Origin: Rickettsiaceae bacterium
Lineage (GTDB): Bacteria; Pseudomonadota; Alphaproteobacteria; Rickettsiales; UBA1997
Reading direction: 5' to 3'
DNA length: 64,000 nt
Assembly (NCBI GenBank): GCA_021323225.1
Contig: JAJTCH010000003.1
Coordinates: 96,141-160,140 of the forward strand
Shown here: one piece after another, positions 8,983-20,542 of the stretch
How positions within the stretch are numbered: position 1 is the stretch's first letter
How the letters are laid out: every line of letters starts with the position of its first letter
Made by a program: the position numbers and the translations under genes
Notes under the pieces: model-generated
What the model was told of the DNA's origin: nothing
The model's input: the letters and a program-made list of their open reading frames with translations, nothing else
The model's database searches: none

Positions 8983-10569
8983 CTAATGCCTAAAATGCCT
9001 ACTGGAAATAAATGACAGAGGAATTTTATGCGCGTTGCAGGCAGAAATTACATCCGGGTCTTTTATTGAACCGGACGGTGCAACGATGGCAGAAATTCCG
9101 TATTTATGGGCAATTTCAATATTGTCAGGGAAGGGGAAGAAGGCGTCAGAGGCAAGTATGCCACCAATTGCTTTATTGATGATTTTACCTTCGGCATTCA
9201 CAAATTTTGCCGCTTTTTCACAGGCAATTCCAACCGAATCAACGCGATTCATCTGGCCGGCGCCGATACCAACAGTTTGAAAATTATTTACCACCACAAT
9301 CGCATTTGATTTAATATGGCGGCAAATTTTCATGGCAAAGATCTGTTGCTCTTTTTGCTCTTTATTTGGTTCTTGATTTCCGGCAGTTTTTAAATCTTTT
9401 GCTTTGATCTCCGTATCATCAATATCTTGAACTAAAAGCCCGCCAGAGATTGAACGGATTTGTTTTTGATTTTCCTGTTTTGCAAAAGAGGTTTTTAACA
9501 AACGCAAATTCTTTTTCTTCTCAAAAACCTGCAACGCATCATTAGAAAAATCCGGCGCAATAATCACCTCATAAAATATTTGAGAAATCACATTTGCTAG
9601 TTCTTTATCAACAATTCTGTTTAAAGCGACAATGCCGCCAAAAGCACTTTTAGAATCGGCCTCGAAAGCTTTTTTATAGGCGCTGCTAATGTCACAATCA
9701 ATTGCTACGCCGCAAGGATTAGCATGTTTCACGATTGCAACTGCCGGTTCAGAAAATTCTAGAACAATATTAAAAGCAGCATCGGCATCGTTGAAATTAT
9801 TATAGCTCAGCTCTTTGCCTTGCAGCTGTTTGGCAGAAGTAATGCCGGATTCCGTAAAATCATAAGCATAAAGCGCAGCCTTTTGATGGGCGTTTTCGCC
9901 ATAGCGTAAAGTTTGTTTTAAACTATATGGCAAAATTAGTTGCGGAGCAAAATCGATTTGCTGGTTTTTGGTGAAATAATCAGAAATAGCCTGGTCATAA
10001 TTAGCTGTTGTAGTGAAGGCCTTGCGCGCCATTTCTTTTCTATATTCTAAAGTGGTTGCGCCATGATTTTTCTGCATCTGCGTTTTTAAATTTTCATAAT
10101 CCGCAGCATTGGTGATAACGGTTTTATAAAGATGATTTTTTGCCGCTGATCTGATCATCGAAGGTCCGCCAATATCAATATTTTCAATCACCTCATCATA
10201 CTGCGCGCCTTTTTTCACGGTTTCAACAAATGGATAAAGATTGATGATCGCCAAATCGATTGAAGAAATATCATTCTCCTTTGCCTGTTTTTGATGTTCT
10301 TTATTGTCCAAAACCGCAAGCAAAGCGCCGTGAACTTTAGGGTGAAGCGTTTTAACGCGACCATCCATAATTTCAGGAAAGCCGGTAAATTCAGAAATAT
10401 CTTTAGCTTGAATATGGTTTTGCTTAAGCAATTTAAAAGTGCCGCCGGTAGAAATAATTTCCACCTTTTGCTCACTCAAAAATTTTGCCAATTCAACAAT
10501 TCCAGTTTTGTCAGAAACAGAAATCAGCGCTCTTTTAATTTTTTGGTCTGTCATTTTATTTTTTGTCAT
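8983..10569 (-). CDS. purH: Bifunctional AICAR transformylase / IMP cyclohydrolase
   Basis: 528 aa with [20 protein letters not shown] and a C-terminus ending FRH. An alternative start at 10554 would remove the overlap with thrS. Confidence 0.95.
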   Translation of the reverse strand: MTKNKMTDQKIKRALISVSDKTGIVELAKFLSEQKVEIISTGGTFKLLKQNHIQAKDISEFTGFPEIMDGRVKTLHPKVHGALLAVLDNKEHQKQAKENDISSIDLAIINLYPFVETVKKGAQYDEVIENIDIGGPSMIRSAAKNHLYKTVITNAADYENLKTQMQKNHGATTLEYRKEMARKAFTTTANYDQAISDYFTKNQQIDFAPQLILPYSLKQTLRYGENAHQKAALYAYDFTESGITSAKQLQGKELSYNNFNDADAAFNIVLEFSEPAVAIVKHANPCGVAIDCDISSAYKKAFEADSKSAFGGIVALNRIVDKELANVISQIFYEVIIAPDFSNDALQVFEKKKNLRLLKTSFAKQENQKQIRSISGGLLVQDIDDTEIKAKDLKTAGNQEPNKEQKEQQIFAMKICRHIKSNAIVVVNNFQTVGIGAGQMNRVDSVGIACEKAAKFVNAEGKIINKAIGGILASDAFFPFPDNIEIAHKYGISAIVAPSGSIKDPDVISACNAHKIPLSFISSRHFRH

Positions 10570-12478
10570 TAATTTGTTTTTTTGCCATTGCGATAAATTC
10601 TTCCAAATTCATCACCTTTTGTCCTTCCTCACCAAGAGTTCTAACCGCAACCGATCCAGCCTCTTTTTCTCTAGCGCCAACGGCTAAAATATAGGGCACT
10701 TTTTTTAGAGAATGTTCACGGATTTTGTAGTTGATTTTTTCCGCGGTTAAATCAGCTTCAACCCTAAAATTTTGTGCTTTTAGTTTTTCTAAAACTTCTA
10801 AAGCATAATCGTCAAAATCATTAGTAATTGGCGCAACAACCATTTGCAGTGGCGCTAACCATAATGGAAATTTACCGGCGCAGTTTTCAATTAAAATTCC
10901 GATAAATCTTTCAAAAGTTCCGATAATCGCGCGGTGCAACATGACAGGGCGCTTCCTAGAGCCATCTGAGGCAATATAAGATGCATCAAGTCTTTCCGGC
11001 AAAATGAAATCAACTTGCAAAGTGCCGCATTGCCAAGTTCTGCCAATTGCGTCAGTTAAGTGGAATTCTAATTTTGGCCCGTAAAATGCACCTTCGCCCG
11101 GTTGAATTTCATATTCTAATCCAGCTTTTTTTACTGCTTCAGCAAGTGCTGCTTCAGCGCGATCCCAGGTTTCTTCTGATCCGGCACGTTTTTCTGGCCT
11201 GGTAGAAAATTTCACCGCAACTTTTTCAAAACCAAAATCGCTATAAACTTCTTTAAGCAATTTACAGAATTTTACAGTCTCTTCATTGATCTGATTTTCT
11301 TCACAAAAAATATGCGCATCATCTTGAGTAAAAGCTCTAACACGCATGATGCCATGCAGTGAGCCGGAAGATTCATTGCGATGACATGAGCCAAATTCTG
11401 CCATGCGAAGTGGCAATTGGCGGTAAGATTTTAGCTCCTGATTAAAAATCTGCACATGGCACGGACAGTTCATTGGTTTGATTGCAAGAGTTCGATCTTC
11501 GCTTTCAGCAACAAACATATTTTCACGGAATTTTTCCCAATGGCCGGATTTTTCCCACAAAATTTTGTCGACCATTTGCGGAGTTTTGACTTCAACATAG
11601 CCGTTTTTTTCCAGCTTTTGGCGAATGTAATTTTCAATTTCGCGATAAATTGTCCAGCCTTTTGGATGCCAAAATACTGAACCAACAGCTTCTTCTTGAA
11701 CATGGAATAAATCCATTGCACGGCCGATTTTGCGGTGATCGCGTTTTTCCGCCTCTTCAAGCATGTGCAAATAATTATCCAAAGATTCCTTGCTTTCCCA
11801 AGCAGTGCCGTAAATGCGCTGCAACATTTCATTTTTAGAATCACCGCGCCAATAAGCGCCAGCAAGCTTCATCAGCTTGAAATGTTTGACATAGGAAGTG
11901 GAAGGCAAATGCGGCCCGCGGCACAGATCAATGAAATTGCCCTGGCGATAAAGAGTGATTTTTTGATCAGCAGGAATTGAGGCAATAATTTCCGCCTTAT
12001 ATTTTTCACCAATCGAATTGAAAAACTTCACCGCATCATCACGGTTCCAAACCTCTCTCTTTATGGCTTCATCACGTTTGGAAATTTCCAGCATTTTCTT
12101 TTCAATCTTCTCCAAATCTTCCAATGCAAAAGGAGTGGAACGCGCAAAATCATAATAAAATCCATTCTCAATTGCTGGCCCAATAGTCACCTGAGTTTCA
12201 GGAAAAAGCTCCTTCACCGCCTCTGCCATCAAATGTGCAGTATCATGGCGAATAATTTCCAACGCCTCAGGAGATTTTGCGGTAATGATTGACACAATAG
12301 CATCATTTTCAATTGCGCGTGATAAATCCCATAATTCACCATTAACCTTAACAGCTAAAGCCGCTTTGGCCAAGCTGGTGGAAATTGATTTAGCAATTTC
12401 TGCGCCAGTTATCCCAAGCGCAAATTCCTTCTTGGCACCATCAGGAAAGGTGATTTTTAACTGATTATTTTCTGACAT
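10556..12478 (-). CDS. thrS: Threonyl-tRNA synthetase
   Basis: 640 aa. TGS-like N-terminus, class II core motifs (RDHRKIG, FRGEL-like region, HRAIIG), anticodon-binding C-terminus. Confidence 0.95.
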   Translation of the reverse strand: MSENNQLKITFPDGAKKEFALGITGAEIAKSISTSLAKAALAVKVNGELWDLSRAIENDAIVSIITAKSPEALEIIRHDTAHLMAEAVKELFPETQVTIGPAIENGFYYDFARSTPFALEDLEKIEKKMLEISKRDEAIKREVWNRDDAVKFFNSIGEKYKAEIIASIPADQKITLYRQGNFIDLCRGPHLPSTSYVKHFKLMKLAGAYWRGDSKNEMLQRIYGTAWESKESLDNYLHMLEEAEKRDHRKIGRAMDLFHVQEEAVGSVFWHPKGWTIYREIENYIRQKLEKNGYVEVKTPQMVDKILWEKSGHWEKFRENMFVAESEDRTLAIKPMNCPCHVQIFNQELKSYRQLPLRMAEFGSCHRNESSGSLHGIMRVRAFTQDDAHIFCEENQINEETVKFCKLLKEVYSDFGFEKVAVKFSTRPEKRAGSEETWDRAEAALAEAVKKAGLEYEIQPGEGAFYGPKLEFHLTDAIGRTWQCGTLQVDFILPERLDASYIASDGSRKRPVMLHRAIIGTFERFIGILIENCAGKFPLWLAPLQMVVAPITNDFDDYALEVLEKLKAQNFRVEADLTAEKINYKIREHSLKKVPYILAVGAREKEAGSVAVRTLGEEGQKVMNLEEFIAMAKKQINDKK

Positions 12479-12625
12479 TATGGATTGATTTTACAAAGCG
12501 ATGAGTCTAAATTGACCGCTCTTTTCGCGGCAAGCCCTATAATTGTTAATGATTAATGATTAATTGTTAACGGTTAATTTATTATTTTTTCTTGTCGCCG
12601 TCCAAAATTCCCACCAATCATATCT

Positions 12626-12701
12626 GGGGCTATAGCACAGCTGGTAGTGCGCTTGCATGGCATGCAAGAGGTCAGCGGTTCGACTCCGCTTAGCTCCACC
12701 A
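12626..12701 (+). tRNA. tRNA-Ala, anticodon GGC, with encoded CCA
   Basis: Cloverleaf folded by hand. Acceptor stem GGGGCTA/TAGCTCC includes the G3:U70 alanine identity pair. Anticodon loop is ATGGCAT and the T-arm is GGTTCGACTCC. Confidence 0.9.
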
Positions 12702-12838
12702 TTACTTGGAAATGCTCCCTACTATTAGAGTGGAACTCAATATTCAAAATCAAGTGCAGCCCAAACGGAGATTTAAAAAGTTTTGTAGAGGATTAAAAGG
12801 GTAAAACTAGAAATGGCCGCGTCATTTTTATGAAAATG

Positions 12839-13696
12839 CTATTTGGGAAGATATTGTAATAAATCTTCCTCACACTCTTTTTGGATATCAATCAAGTAGC
12901 TTCCCACAAGTGTTTTTTCTTTAGAAAAATACTCATATATTATGATTGCTTTCATTTTTCTAAATTCGACAGCTCGCTCATCTTGGCACCAATATTTTTT
13001 TCGATCCCAATACATAGTATCTTTAGACTTATCAAAAATCCTTTTTCCTTCATCATCATTAACATCCACTCTATATTTGTAAGAGAGGGTTCTGTCTCCA
13101 TCAGTTTTAGCTTCAATCAAGTAGGTTAACTCGTCAATTTTGGTAGGGCTTTGTTTGTTTATCTGAGATACTACATTTCTTAATATAATAGAACGAAAAG
13201 ACTTTTCCTCCAATAGGTTTCCGGAACTAATTTTATGATTTCTTGTTTTTGCTATAAGGTCTTCTATCTCAACTTCTGTAGCTCCTATAGCGGATAGCTC
13301 TTTAATACCTGCGATAACTTTTCTATTTTCAAAGAAACTTTTAACAGTTGTGTGTGCTAATGATGCAGCTACAAGCATGGAGAATAATAAAATTACTACA
13401 TAAGATACTTTTCTGAGTGAGGGAGTTATTTTTCTTCTAAGATTAGTTATGAATGAGATAGAAAAAAAATTACCAATTAACTTGTCCATAACATCTCCCC
13501 AAATCCAAAATGCAATCCAATAAAGCCAGACTGGGATAGTTAAAGTTAAAAACGATATAAATAAGGTTAAAAAATTACTTAAAAAATATCCTTTGTCATT
13601 ATCCTCTGTTATGCAAAGAGATAGAATAAGACTAATCACAGTCCAAATTCCTGAGGCAGTAATAATGATTTTTCTTTTAACGCTAGGATTTTTCAT
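12839..13696 (-). CDS. Hypothetical membrane protein (N-terminal TM helices plus a soluble C-terminal domain)
   Basis: Long ORF with hydrophobic segments (IIITASGIWTVISLILSL, FLTLFISFLTLTIPVWLYWIAFWIW). No recognisable motif. Confidence 0.5.
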   Translation of the reverse strand: MKNPSVKRKIIITASGIWTVISLILSLCITEDNDKGYFLSNFLTLFISFLTLTIPVWLYWIAFWIWGDVMDKLIGNFFSISFITNLRRKITPSLRKVSYVVILLFSMLVAASLAHTTVKSFFENRKVIAGIKELSAIGATEVEIEDLIAKTRNHKISSGNLLEEKSFRSIILRNVVSQINKQSPTKIDELTYLIEAKTDGDRTLSYKYRVDVNDDEGKRIFDKSKDTMYWDRKKYWCQDERAVEFRKMKAIIIYEYFSKEKTLVGSYLIDIQKECEEDLLQYLPK

Positions 13697-13808
13697 ATTA
13701 TAGCAATTGTTTTGGTGTTAGTAAATTTAAGAAACTACCCCCGTTAGTCTGGATTTCTAACTCCAGCCGAATGTTTGAAGGAATTTTTTATTTAGCTGTG
13801 ATGAGATT

Positions 13809-14858
13809 TTAAGCCAAAGCATAAGCAACCCCTCTTCCTTTACCAAAAGCCCTGATTTTCTTCATCTCAACTAACTCACGCAATTTTACCTTTAGAGTAT
13901 TGCGGTTTGCGCCAGATAGGTTTTGGATTTCTGATACGGAAAGGCGGTCATGGTTTTTGAGGATTTTCAGGATTTCTAAATGAAGTGGATGGAAATTTTC
14001 TTGGAGAATTTTCTCGGCCTTTACTTTTTTCTCTAAATTGTCTTTCTGTTTCTTGAGCGATTTTAGGAAGAATAAAATCCAGTTTTCAAATTTCGGTTTT
14101 TTAGAATCTAAAGTAATTTGGCAGTCTCTTAAATTTTTGTAATAAAGATCTTTATTGTCCTCGATGATGCTTTCAAGCGAGCTATATTGGACATAGCTAT
14201 AGTCAAGTTTAAGCAAAAGCAGATTGGTCAAAATTCTTGATAATCTGCCATTGCCATCTTGAAATGGGTGAATTGCCAGAAAGATCACAATAAAAATTCC
14301 TGCACTAATCAGTGGGTGGGTTTCTCTTAGCTGTATTGTCTTGTTTGTCCATTCAACCAAATCAGCCATTTTCATTGGTGTTTCAAAGGGAGTAGCGGTC
14401 TTAAAAACTATGCCGATTTCTTTACCGGATGAGTCAAAGGCAACAACATGGTTATTAAGTTTTTTATATTCACCGCGATGACGAATATCTTTTGAACTGT
14501 GTTTTAGCAGAATTGAATGAAGTTGTTTGATGTGATTTTCTGTAAGTTTTAAATCTTCAAAATTTTCTAAAATCAAATTCATTGCGTCGGAGTAACCGGC
14601 CACTTCTTCTTCATCCCTATTTTTAAAAGATTTTTTTCTGACCTTAGAAAGAAGAGTTTCAACCTGTTCGTCAGTTAATTTAACGCCTTCAATGCGAGTG
14701 CTGGAGGCAATTGATTCAATAGTTGCTGATTTCTTTAACATCCGAAGACGGTCAGGAGACAAAGTATTGATTGCCTGCCACTTGCCTTTAAATTCATCAA
14801 TTTCACTGATGAGATTAAGAATTGCCGGAGTTATTTTAACTTGGTATCTGATTGACAT
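13809..14858 (-). CDS. Fic-family protein (AMPylase type) with a C-terminal wHTH-like tail
   Basis: Canonical Fic motif HPFQDGNGRLSRIL. The upstream STRIEG fits the intramolecular inhibitory motif (S/T)xxxE(G/N). Confidence 0.9.
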   Translation of the reverse strand: MSIRYQVKITPAILNLISEIDEFKGKWQAINTLSPDRLRMLKKSATIESIASSTRIEGVKLTDEQVETLLSKVRKKSFKNRDEEEVAGYSDAMNLILENFEDLKLTENHIKQLHSILLKHSSKDIRHRGEYKKLNNHVVAFDSSGKEIGIVFKTATPFETPMKMADLVEWTNKTIQLRETHPLISAGIFIVIFLAIHPFQDGNGRLSRILTNLLLLKLDYSYVQYSSLESIIEDNKDLYYKNLRDCQITLDSKKPKFENWILFFLKSLKKQKDNLEKKVKAEKILQENFHPLHLEILKILKNHDRLSVSEIQNLSGANRNTLKVKLRELVEMKKIRAFGKGRGVAYALA

Positions 14859-14952
14859 TTGGAGCTGTTTTATTTGTTAAATATTAATTAATTAGATAAC
14901 TTGTTTATGACGAAATATCCACAAAAATATCCAATTATATCCAATTAATTTT

Positions 14953-16173
14953 ATGAGCAAAGATCGTGGCAAAGCTTCAATAGTGCTACTGATTGGCACT
15001 TCTTCTGCAGGTAAAAGCACAATTGTCAAAGAATTAAAAAGCCAGGATAAGTTAAATCCACATCCTTTAGACTGGCAAGAAGATGGTCTTGATTTGGAAC
15101 TAGGCAGGTATGATGATTTATATCAAGACCGTCTCAACATTATTGTTGGTGATCTAGAAAGCTTGGAGATATTTGAGCAATTAAGACAAAATCCATTCCT
15201 AAAAGAAGGTCGCATTATAGGCACAATAGCTTCTGGAAAGTTAGCAATAGAAGGTGCAAGCCTGTCTTTGCTTGATGAAAATCTAGATGATGAGAAAGTT
15301 AGAAATTTTATTAGCCTATCAGAAGCTGACAAGATTACTTTTGATGAAAAAACTATAAAATCTCTTCATGATTTGGTACAAAAACACCATGATCAATTTA
15401 TTAAAGTTAATAAAAGACCACATCGTGATAAGATGATGGAAAATATTTATGAGCGCGCTATCCAAAATTCTAAAAAAGGATTGCCATCAATATTAGACCT
15501 GATTCCATTCGAATCTTATGATGTGATTGCCGGATTTAATCAATATTGTTTGGATCGCAATTTTTCCTGCCCATTAATAATTGCTCTAGCGCATTGCGAT
15601 GTTTCCACCATTGTTGAGCATATGGATAAGCGCAATACTAGTGGTGATCCCAGAGAAAAAAGAGATGCTTTTTTCCCATTCGATGAACAATATGCCGTCA
15701 TTTATCGCGTTACTAATAGTGACGATCCAAGAGCTATTGGAACTTTAACCATGCAAGATGTGTTAAATGCTGCTAATAAATATGGATATGATGCTAATCG
15801 GGGTAATGTGCTTTTGCTTGAAAATAGCAAAGATGCGCAAGGTTTTGTTAAAAAATTAGGAATGGCAGAAGATCATCCGTTAGATAAGCCAGTAAAAGTT
15901 GCAGCTAAAATCCCGCATGATTTAGTGTTGCAAACTGGACAAAAAAATAATGTGAATTCCAAAGATGAATTAGAAGATAAGGATCAAATTGGCTCAGATG
16001 TTACGAGTGAAATTGCTAAAAGACTCAATTCGTTAGCGGCTATGGAATCATTTGTTCCAAAAGTGCCACATCCAACAGCAACAATCATTAAAGAATCTCC
16101 TCACTGGATTAATCTCGTAAAAGAAGGAGAGGAGAAGGACAAGCCGCAAGGTCAAGAAGGTGACGGAAGATAG
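14953..16173 (+). CDS. P-loop protein, chloramphenicol-phosphotransferase-like kinase fold, with a long acidic/low-complexity C-terminus
   Basis: The N-terminal IVLLIGTSSAGKSTIVKEL resembles the CPT-family GGSSAGKS Walker A motif. Confidence 0.45.
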   Translation: MSKDRGKASIVLLIGTSSAGKSTIVKELKSQDKLNPHPLDWQEDGLDLELGRYDDLYQDRLNIIVGDLESLEIFEQLRQNPFLKEGRIIGTIASGKLAIEGASLSLLDENLDDEKVRNFISLSEADKITFDEKTIKSLHDLVQKHHDQFIKVNKRPHRDKMMENIYERAIQNSKKGLPSILDLIPFESYDVIAGFNQYCLDRNFSCPLIIALAHCDVSTIVEHMDKRNTSGDPREKRDAFFPFDEQYAVIYRVTNSDDPRAIGTLTMQDVLNAANKYGYDANRGNVLLLENSKDAQGFVKKLGMAEDHPLDKPVKVAAKIPHDLVLQTGQKNNVNSKDELEDKDQIGSDVTSEIAKRLNSLAAMESFVPKVPHPTATIIKESPHWINLVKEGEEKDKPQGQEGDGR

Positions 16174-16323
16174 TAAACTTGCTAAGCAAAGCCTCTAAAA
16201 TTGTAAAAATATTTAATTTTGCTTTAAGTTTTATTTCTTTAATAATCTTTTCATATAACCAAGATTCTTGCTCAATCTAAATTGCCAATTGTTATCCATC
16301 CTTGTTAAGTCTTTTCTATCTAA

Positions 16324-18075
16324 GTGACAAATAATCAAAACAAATCCCTAAAATCTTATCTCAAAGAAATTGCTCTGGAGTACAAAATCTACTTCATCAG
16401 TTTGTTTGTAATCTCAGTTGTTGCTTCGTTTTTTGAGATTTCAGTTCATTACAAAATCAAGGAAATTATTGATGAGATTGGCTCGGATGTTAATGCCAAT
16501 GTGACTCTGCTTTTATGTTTGTTTGTGATGTATAAATTTTTGCAGCATGGGATGTTTTTTATTGCCCGTTTGCTGGCCATTAAATACAAAACCACTTTAA
16601 ACACCAAGCTGACTTTAGATATTTATTACAAAACCATTAAACATTCCCTGCATTGGTTTGACTCAAGAATGTCGGGCGAAATTGCGGATAAGATTAACGG
16701 GTTTCAGTCTAATCTTAACGATTTTATCACCAGCGCCTTTCGGTCTTTGGTGGTGTTGTGGGCAATAGTTTTTGGTACGCTGTTTTTGTTTAAGGTGAAT
16801 TTATTTGTCGGCATTGTGCAGGTTGCGTTTTTTGCTATTTATACGCCGCTGACTTGTTTTTTGCTTAAAAAGCAATTGCATCTGCAAGAATCATTCACAA
16901 CGGCAAGCCAACAAACGACTGGAGTTATTAATGATTCTATCGCCAATATTTTTGGCATTAAAGTTGTTGGAAATATTGATGCGGAATCGAAATTGAAATT
17001 GATTCCTTCTTTATTCAAGCGTCAAAAATTAGAGAAAAAAACACGCCGTTTTGATGCTTTTTGGATCGATAATTCTGACACTTTAATGACGGTGATAATG
17101 GCTGCTGCGCAGATTTATCTGATGGCTTATTTATTTCAAAGCGGGCAAATAACAGCTGGTGGCTTTACTTTCATTGCCATGATCGTGCTGAAACTTCATG
17201 GTGATATTGCCACTATCATTGACCATGTGCTTTTTGGAATTAACCCGCAGATCGCCAAAATCAAGGCTTCTTATCAGTTCGTTAATGAAAATTATGATGT
17301 GGTGGATAAAGAAAAAAGTGAGTCGGATGTTAAAATTAAAGGTGCGATTGAATTTAGAAATGTCAGTTTTGCTTATAGCGAAACATCGCCAAAAATTCTT
17401 AACCACTTCAATCTCAAAATAAAAGCGGGTGAAAAAATCGGGCTGGTTGGCCAAAGCGGTGCTGGTAAAACCACTCTGATCAAAGCGATACTTCGTTATT
17501 TTGATATAAAACAGGGTGATATTTTGTTGGATGGAGTTTCAATTTTTGATTTATCGCAGGAAGTTTTGCGCCGGAATTTGTCGGTAATTCCGCAAGACAT
17601 AACTATGTTTCACCGCTCTATTTTAGAAAATCTGCAAATTGCCAAATATGATGCAACTGAGGAAGAAATAATTGCTGCCTGCAAAAAAGCAAAAATCCAT
17701 GATGATATTTTGAAAATGAAAGATGGCTATAATGCAATTGTTGGCGAAAGAGGTGTGAAAGTTAGCGGTGGCCAGCGCCAGAGAATTGCCATTGCCAGAG
17801 CCATTTTAAAAGATGCTCCGATTTTGATTTTAGACGAAGCTACTTCCAGCCTTGATTCTAAAACTGAAAAACAGATTCAAGCTAGTTTGGATGTGTTGAT
17901 TGAAGATAAATCCAAAACCGTAATTGCAATTGCGCACCGTCTTTCAACCTTGAAACATATGGATCGAATTGTGGTAATGGAAGAGGGAAATATTGTTGAA
18001 GAAGGAACTCATGATCAGCTTTTGGCTAAAGAGAATAGTCTTTACGCTAAATTGTGGGAGTTGCAGGAAATATAG
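16324..18075 (+). CDS. ABC exporter, fused permease-ATPase (MsbA/ABCB-like)
   Basis: Six-TM N-terminal half. Walker A GQSGAGKTT, signature VSGGQRQR, Walker B ILILDEATS. GTG start. Confidence 0.85.
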   Translation: MTNNQNKSLKSYLKEIALEYKIYFISLFVISVVASFFEISVHYKIKEIIDEIGSDVNANVTLLLCLFVMYKFLQHGMFFIARLLAIKYKTTLNTKLTLDIYYKTIKHSLHWFDSRMSGEIADKINGFQSNLNDFITSAFRSLVVLWAIVFGTLFLFKVNLFVGIVQVAFFAIYTPLTCFLLKKQLHLQESFTTASQQTTGVINDSIANIFGIKVVGNIDAESKLKLIPSLFKRQKLEKKTRRFDAFWIDNSDTLMTVIMAAAQIYLMAYLFQSGQITAGGFTFIAMIVLKLHGDIATIIDHVLFGINPQIAKIKASYQFVNENYDVVDKEKSESDVKIKGAIEFRNVSFAYSETSPKILNHFNLKIKAGEKIGLVGQSGAGKTTLIKAILRYFDIKQGDILLDGVSIFDLSQEVLRRNLSVIPQDITMFHRSILENLQIAKYDATEEEIIAACKKAKIHDDILKMKDGYNAIVGERGVKVSGGQRQRIAIARAILKDAPILILDEATSSLDSKTEKQIQASLDVLIEDKSKTVIAIAHRLSTLKHMDRIVVMEEGNIVEEGTHDQLLAKENSLYAKLWELQEI

Positions 18076-18130
18076 ATGCAAGAGTGCATTGCCAAGGGTA
18101 AAATTATTTATCCATCTATTTCTTCCGTCA

Positions 18131-18982
18131 CTATTTTTCTTTTACTAATTCTAGCATCCTCTGATAAACCAATTTCTTATTAACCCCAAGATTATCCGCA
18201 ACTAGTGAGACAAGATCTTTCGGTTTCATTGTATTTAATCCTTGTTTTAGCTTTTCATCAATTTCTTCCAAATTTATTTCACCTTTTTTTGCTGCTGTAG
18301 AAAGCAAAATTACGATTTCACCTTTTGGTGGATTTTGTTCGTAATAATTTATTAGCTCTTGCAAATCAGCTTTTTTGGTTTGTTCGTGGAGTTTGGTGAT
18401 TTCTCTTGAAACGCATGCTGTGCGGTTGCCGAAAGTTTTTAGCATTGTCTCCAAGCTTGCACTTAATCTGTTGCTGGTTTCAAAGAAAATTAAAGTTGCT
18501 TCGATATTTACTAAATCTTTTAGGAAATTTTCTCGGGCAATTGCAGAATTGGGAATAAAGCCAGCAAACATGAATCTATCACTGGGCATGCCGGAAACTG
18601 AAAGAGCGGCGATAGCAGAGCAGGGGCCAGGGACTGATAAAATTTGGCAATTATTTTCCAGCAAAAAATTTACCAATTTATAGCCGGGATCAGAAATTAA
18701 TGGTGTTCCGGCATCACTCACCAAAGCCAGTTTTTTGCCTTGCAAAGCAAAGTTCAAAATTTTTTCTCTCACCTCATTTGTGCTGTGATCATTATAAATT
18801 ATGAAAGGTTTTTTGATCTCTAGATGATTCAATAATTTTGATGTGACGCGGCTGTCTTCACAGATTATGAAGTCACAATTTTTGAGAATAGTTATGGCGC
18901 GTAAAGTTATATCTTCCAAATTACCAATTGGAGTTGCGACCACATGTAGAGCTGGTGTGTTGGAGTTTAAAAATTCTTGCAT
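18131..18982 (-). CDS. rsmI: 16S rRNA (cytidine1402-2'-O)-methyltransferase
   Basis: LHVVATPIGNLEDITLRA..ICEDSRVTSKLL is typical of RsmI. It is divergent from an lpoA-like gene, as in E. coli yraL/yraM. Confidence 0.85.
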   Translation of the reverse strand: MQEFLNSNTPALHVVATPIGNLEDITLRAITILKNCDFIICEDSRVTSKLLNHLEIKKPFIIYNDHSTNEVREKILNFALQGKKLALVSDAGTPLISDPGYKLVNFLLENNCQILSVPGPCSAIAALSVSGMPSDRFMFAGFIPNSAIARENFLKDLVNIEATLIFFETSNRLSASLETMLKTFGNRTACVSREITKLHEQTKKADLQELINYYEQNPPKGEIVILLSTAAKKGEINLEEIDEKLKQGLNTMKPKDLVSLVADNLGVNKKLVYQRMLELVKEK

Positions 18983-19050
18983 ATTTACCGAAAATGAGTT
19001 TTAAATGAGGCGAAATTTGCCTCGAATATCCACATTAAAAATCCAATCTA

Positions 19051-20364
19051 ATGAAGCTGGCTAGAAAATTTTTCATCACCTTGTCTTGTTTGTTTTTATT
19101 TATTTCTTGCTCGGCAATTACTCAGGAAATTACTAAAAAGAAAAACGCAAATAAAAAAACTGAGGCGCAATCAAAGGCAGCAGCGTTGCCAAAGCCAATT
19201 CATAATTCTGCAACTCCTAAAGCCGGGCCTCAAACTTTACCAGTTCAAGCCGTTCCTCAAACTAAAATTATTAAAAAGAAAGTTAAGGTCGCCGCTTTAT
19301 TACCGCTTTCCGGCAAAAATAAAGAGCTGGGTGAAGCGCTGCTCAACTCTATCACTATGTCTTTATTTGAAAATGACAAAAATGCCGATATCGATTTAGT
19401 GGTTTTTGATAGTGAAGATTTGAAGAAATCAGTCAGCAAAATTGCTGAGCAAAATATTAAAACTGTTATCGGGCCGGTTTTCAGTAGCGATGTTGAGGAG
19501 ATGTTAAAGCTTGTTTCTCCTGGTCAGATGACGATTTTGTCATTTTCCAACAATCAGGATTTGGCAAATAAAAAAGGAGTTTTTTTGATGGGCTTTTTGC
19601 CAGAGCAGCAAATTGAAAGAATCACTAGCTATGCCATTTCATCGGGCAAAGAAAATTTCGCCATCATTGCGCCGAACAACCAATATGGCAAAAAATTTAC
19701 AGAAATCTTGAAAGAGATGGTGAGAAGAAAAGATGCTAATTTGATCAGTGCCGGAATGTATACCAACAGCACCAAAGATTTGGAAAGAGTGGTTTCAAAA
19801 ACCGTTGGCGCTTACACGGTGCCGCCTCGTGTTGCAGCTAGAAAAAATTCACCAGTTACAATTGAGGATAATAAAATTTATGCCGATGTGATTTTTATTC
19901 CTGAATCCGGTGCGGTGCTTTCTAAAATTGTCAGCCTGATAAAAAAATATAATAAGGATGAGCGCGAAATACAAATTATCGGCAGCAGCAATTGGGATGA
20001 TGTGGATGTTTTGAAAGATCCTAATTTAATTGGTGGTTGGTTTACCTCTACAAATTCTGACAAATATCGCGATTTTGAGAAAGAATATTACAAAACTTAT
20101 AACAGCTTCCCGCCGCGCATTACTTCAATTGCCCATGATGCGATGGTTGCTGTTGCTGAGGCAGTTAGAAAATCAAAAAACCGGGAATTATCTGCCGCGG
20201 ATTTTGTTAATTATATTTCTTCCAAAAACAGCTTTGAGGGAGTTGATGGCTTGTTCCGCTTTTTGCCAAATGGAATTGTGCAAAGAAATTTTGCGGTGCT
20301 AGAAATTGAAAATGGCGAGTTTGATGTGATTGATAGTCCGTCGCGGATGTTTTTTAAATATTAG
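19051..20364 (+). CDS. Lipoprotein of the LpoA/LivK-type periplasmic-binding fold (penicillin-binding protein activator-like)
   Basis: Lipobox LFISC, a Pro/Ala/Lys-rich linker, then a type-I PBP-like domain. The call rests mainly on the divergent position next to rsmI. Confidence 0.5.
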   Translation: MKLARKFFITLSCLFLFISCSAITQEITKKKNANKKTEAQSKAAALPKPIHNSATPKAGPQTLPVQAVPQTKIIKKKVKVAALLPLSGKNKELGEALLNSITMSLFENDKNADIDLVVFDSEDLKKSVSKIAEQNIKTVIGPVFSSDVEEMLKLVSPGQMTILSFSNNQDLANKKGVFLMGFLPEQQIERITSYAISSGKENFAIIAPNNQYGKKFTEILKEMVRRKDANLISAGMYTNSTKDLERVVSKTVGAYTVPPRVAARKNSPVTIEDNKIYADVIFIPESGAVLSKIVSLIKKYNKDEREIQIIGSSNWDDVDVLKDPNLIGGWFTSTNSDKYRDFEKEYYKTYNSFPPRITSIAHDAMVAVAEAVRKSKNRELSAADFVNYISSKNSFEGVDGLFRFLPNGIVQRNFAVLEIENGEFDVIDSPSRMFFKY

Positions 20365-20384
20365 GATTGGTTGCTTTGGAAGTC

Positions 20385-20542
20385 GTCATTGCGAGGAGCG
20401 TGCGATAGCCAGCAACGCGGTAATACAGGAATCTTTCATTTTGGATTCGTTCTTAAACCCGAGTTCGTTTTTAACTTCCGAATTCCTCATCGAGTTTTCT
20501 GGATTGCCGCGTCGCTGGCTATCGCACGCTCCTCGCAATGAC
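20385..20542. repeat. RPE/REP-like unit pair in the opposite arrangement (GTCATTGCGAGG ends outside, CTGGATTGCC ends inside)
   Basis: gtcattgcgaggagcgtgcgatagccagcaacgcggtaatacagga, then a 66-nt spacer, then ttctggattgccgcgtcgctggctatcgcacgctcctcgcaatgac. The arms are about 46 nt and near-complementary. Confidence 0.8.

Noticed and set aside
12541-12585. GTTAAT/GTTAAC-rich string (ttaattgttaac..) shared with 22201-22245
   Set aside because: Only a 10-12-nt match within low-complexity AT-rich sequence. The two sites have unrelated contexts (thrS/tRNA promoter region versus a gene 3' region), so evidence for a functional motif is insufficient.
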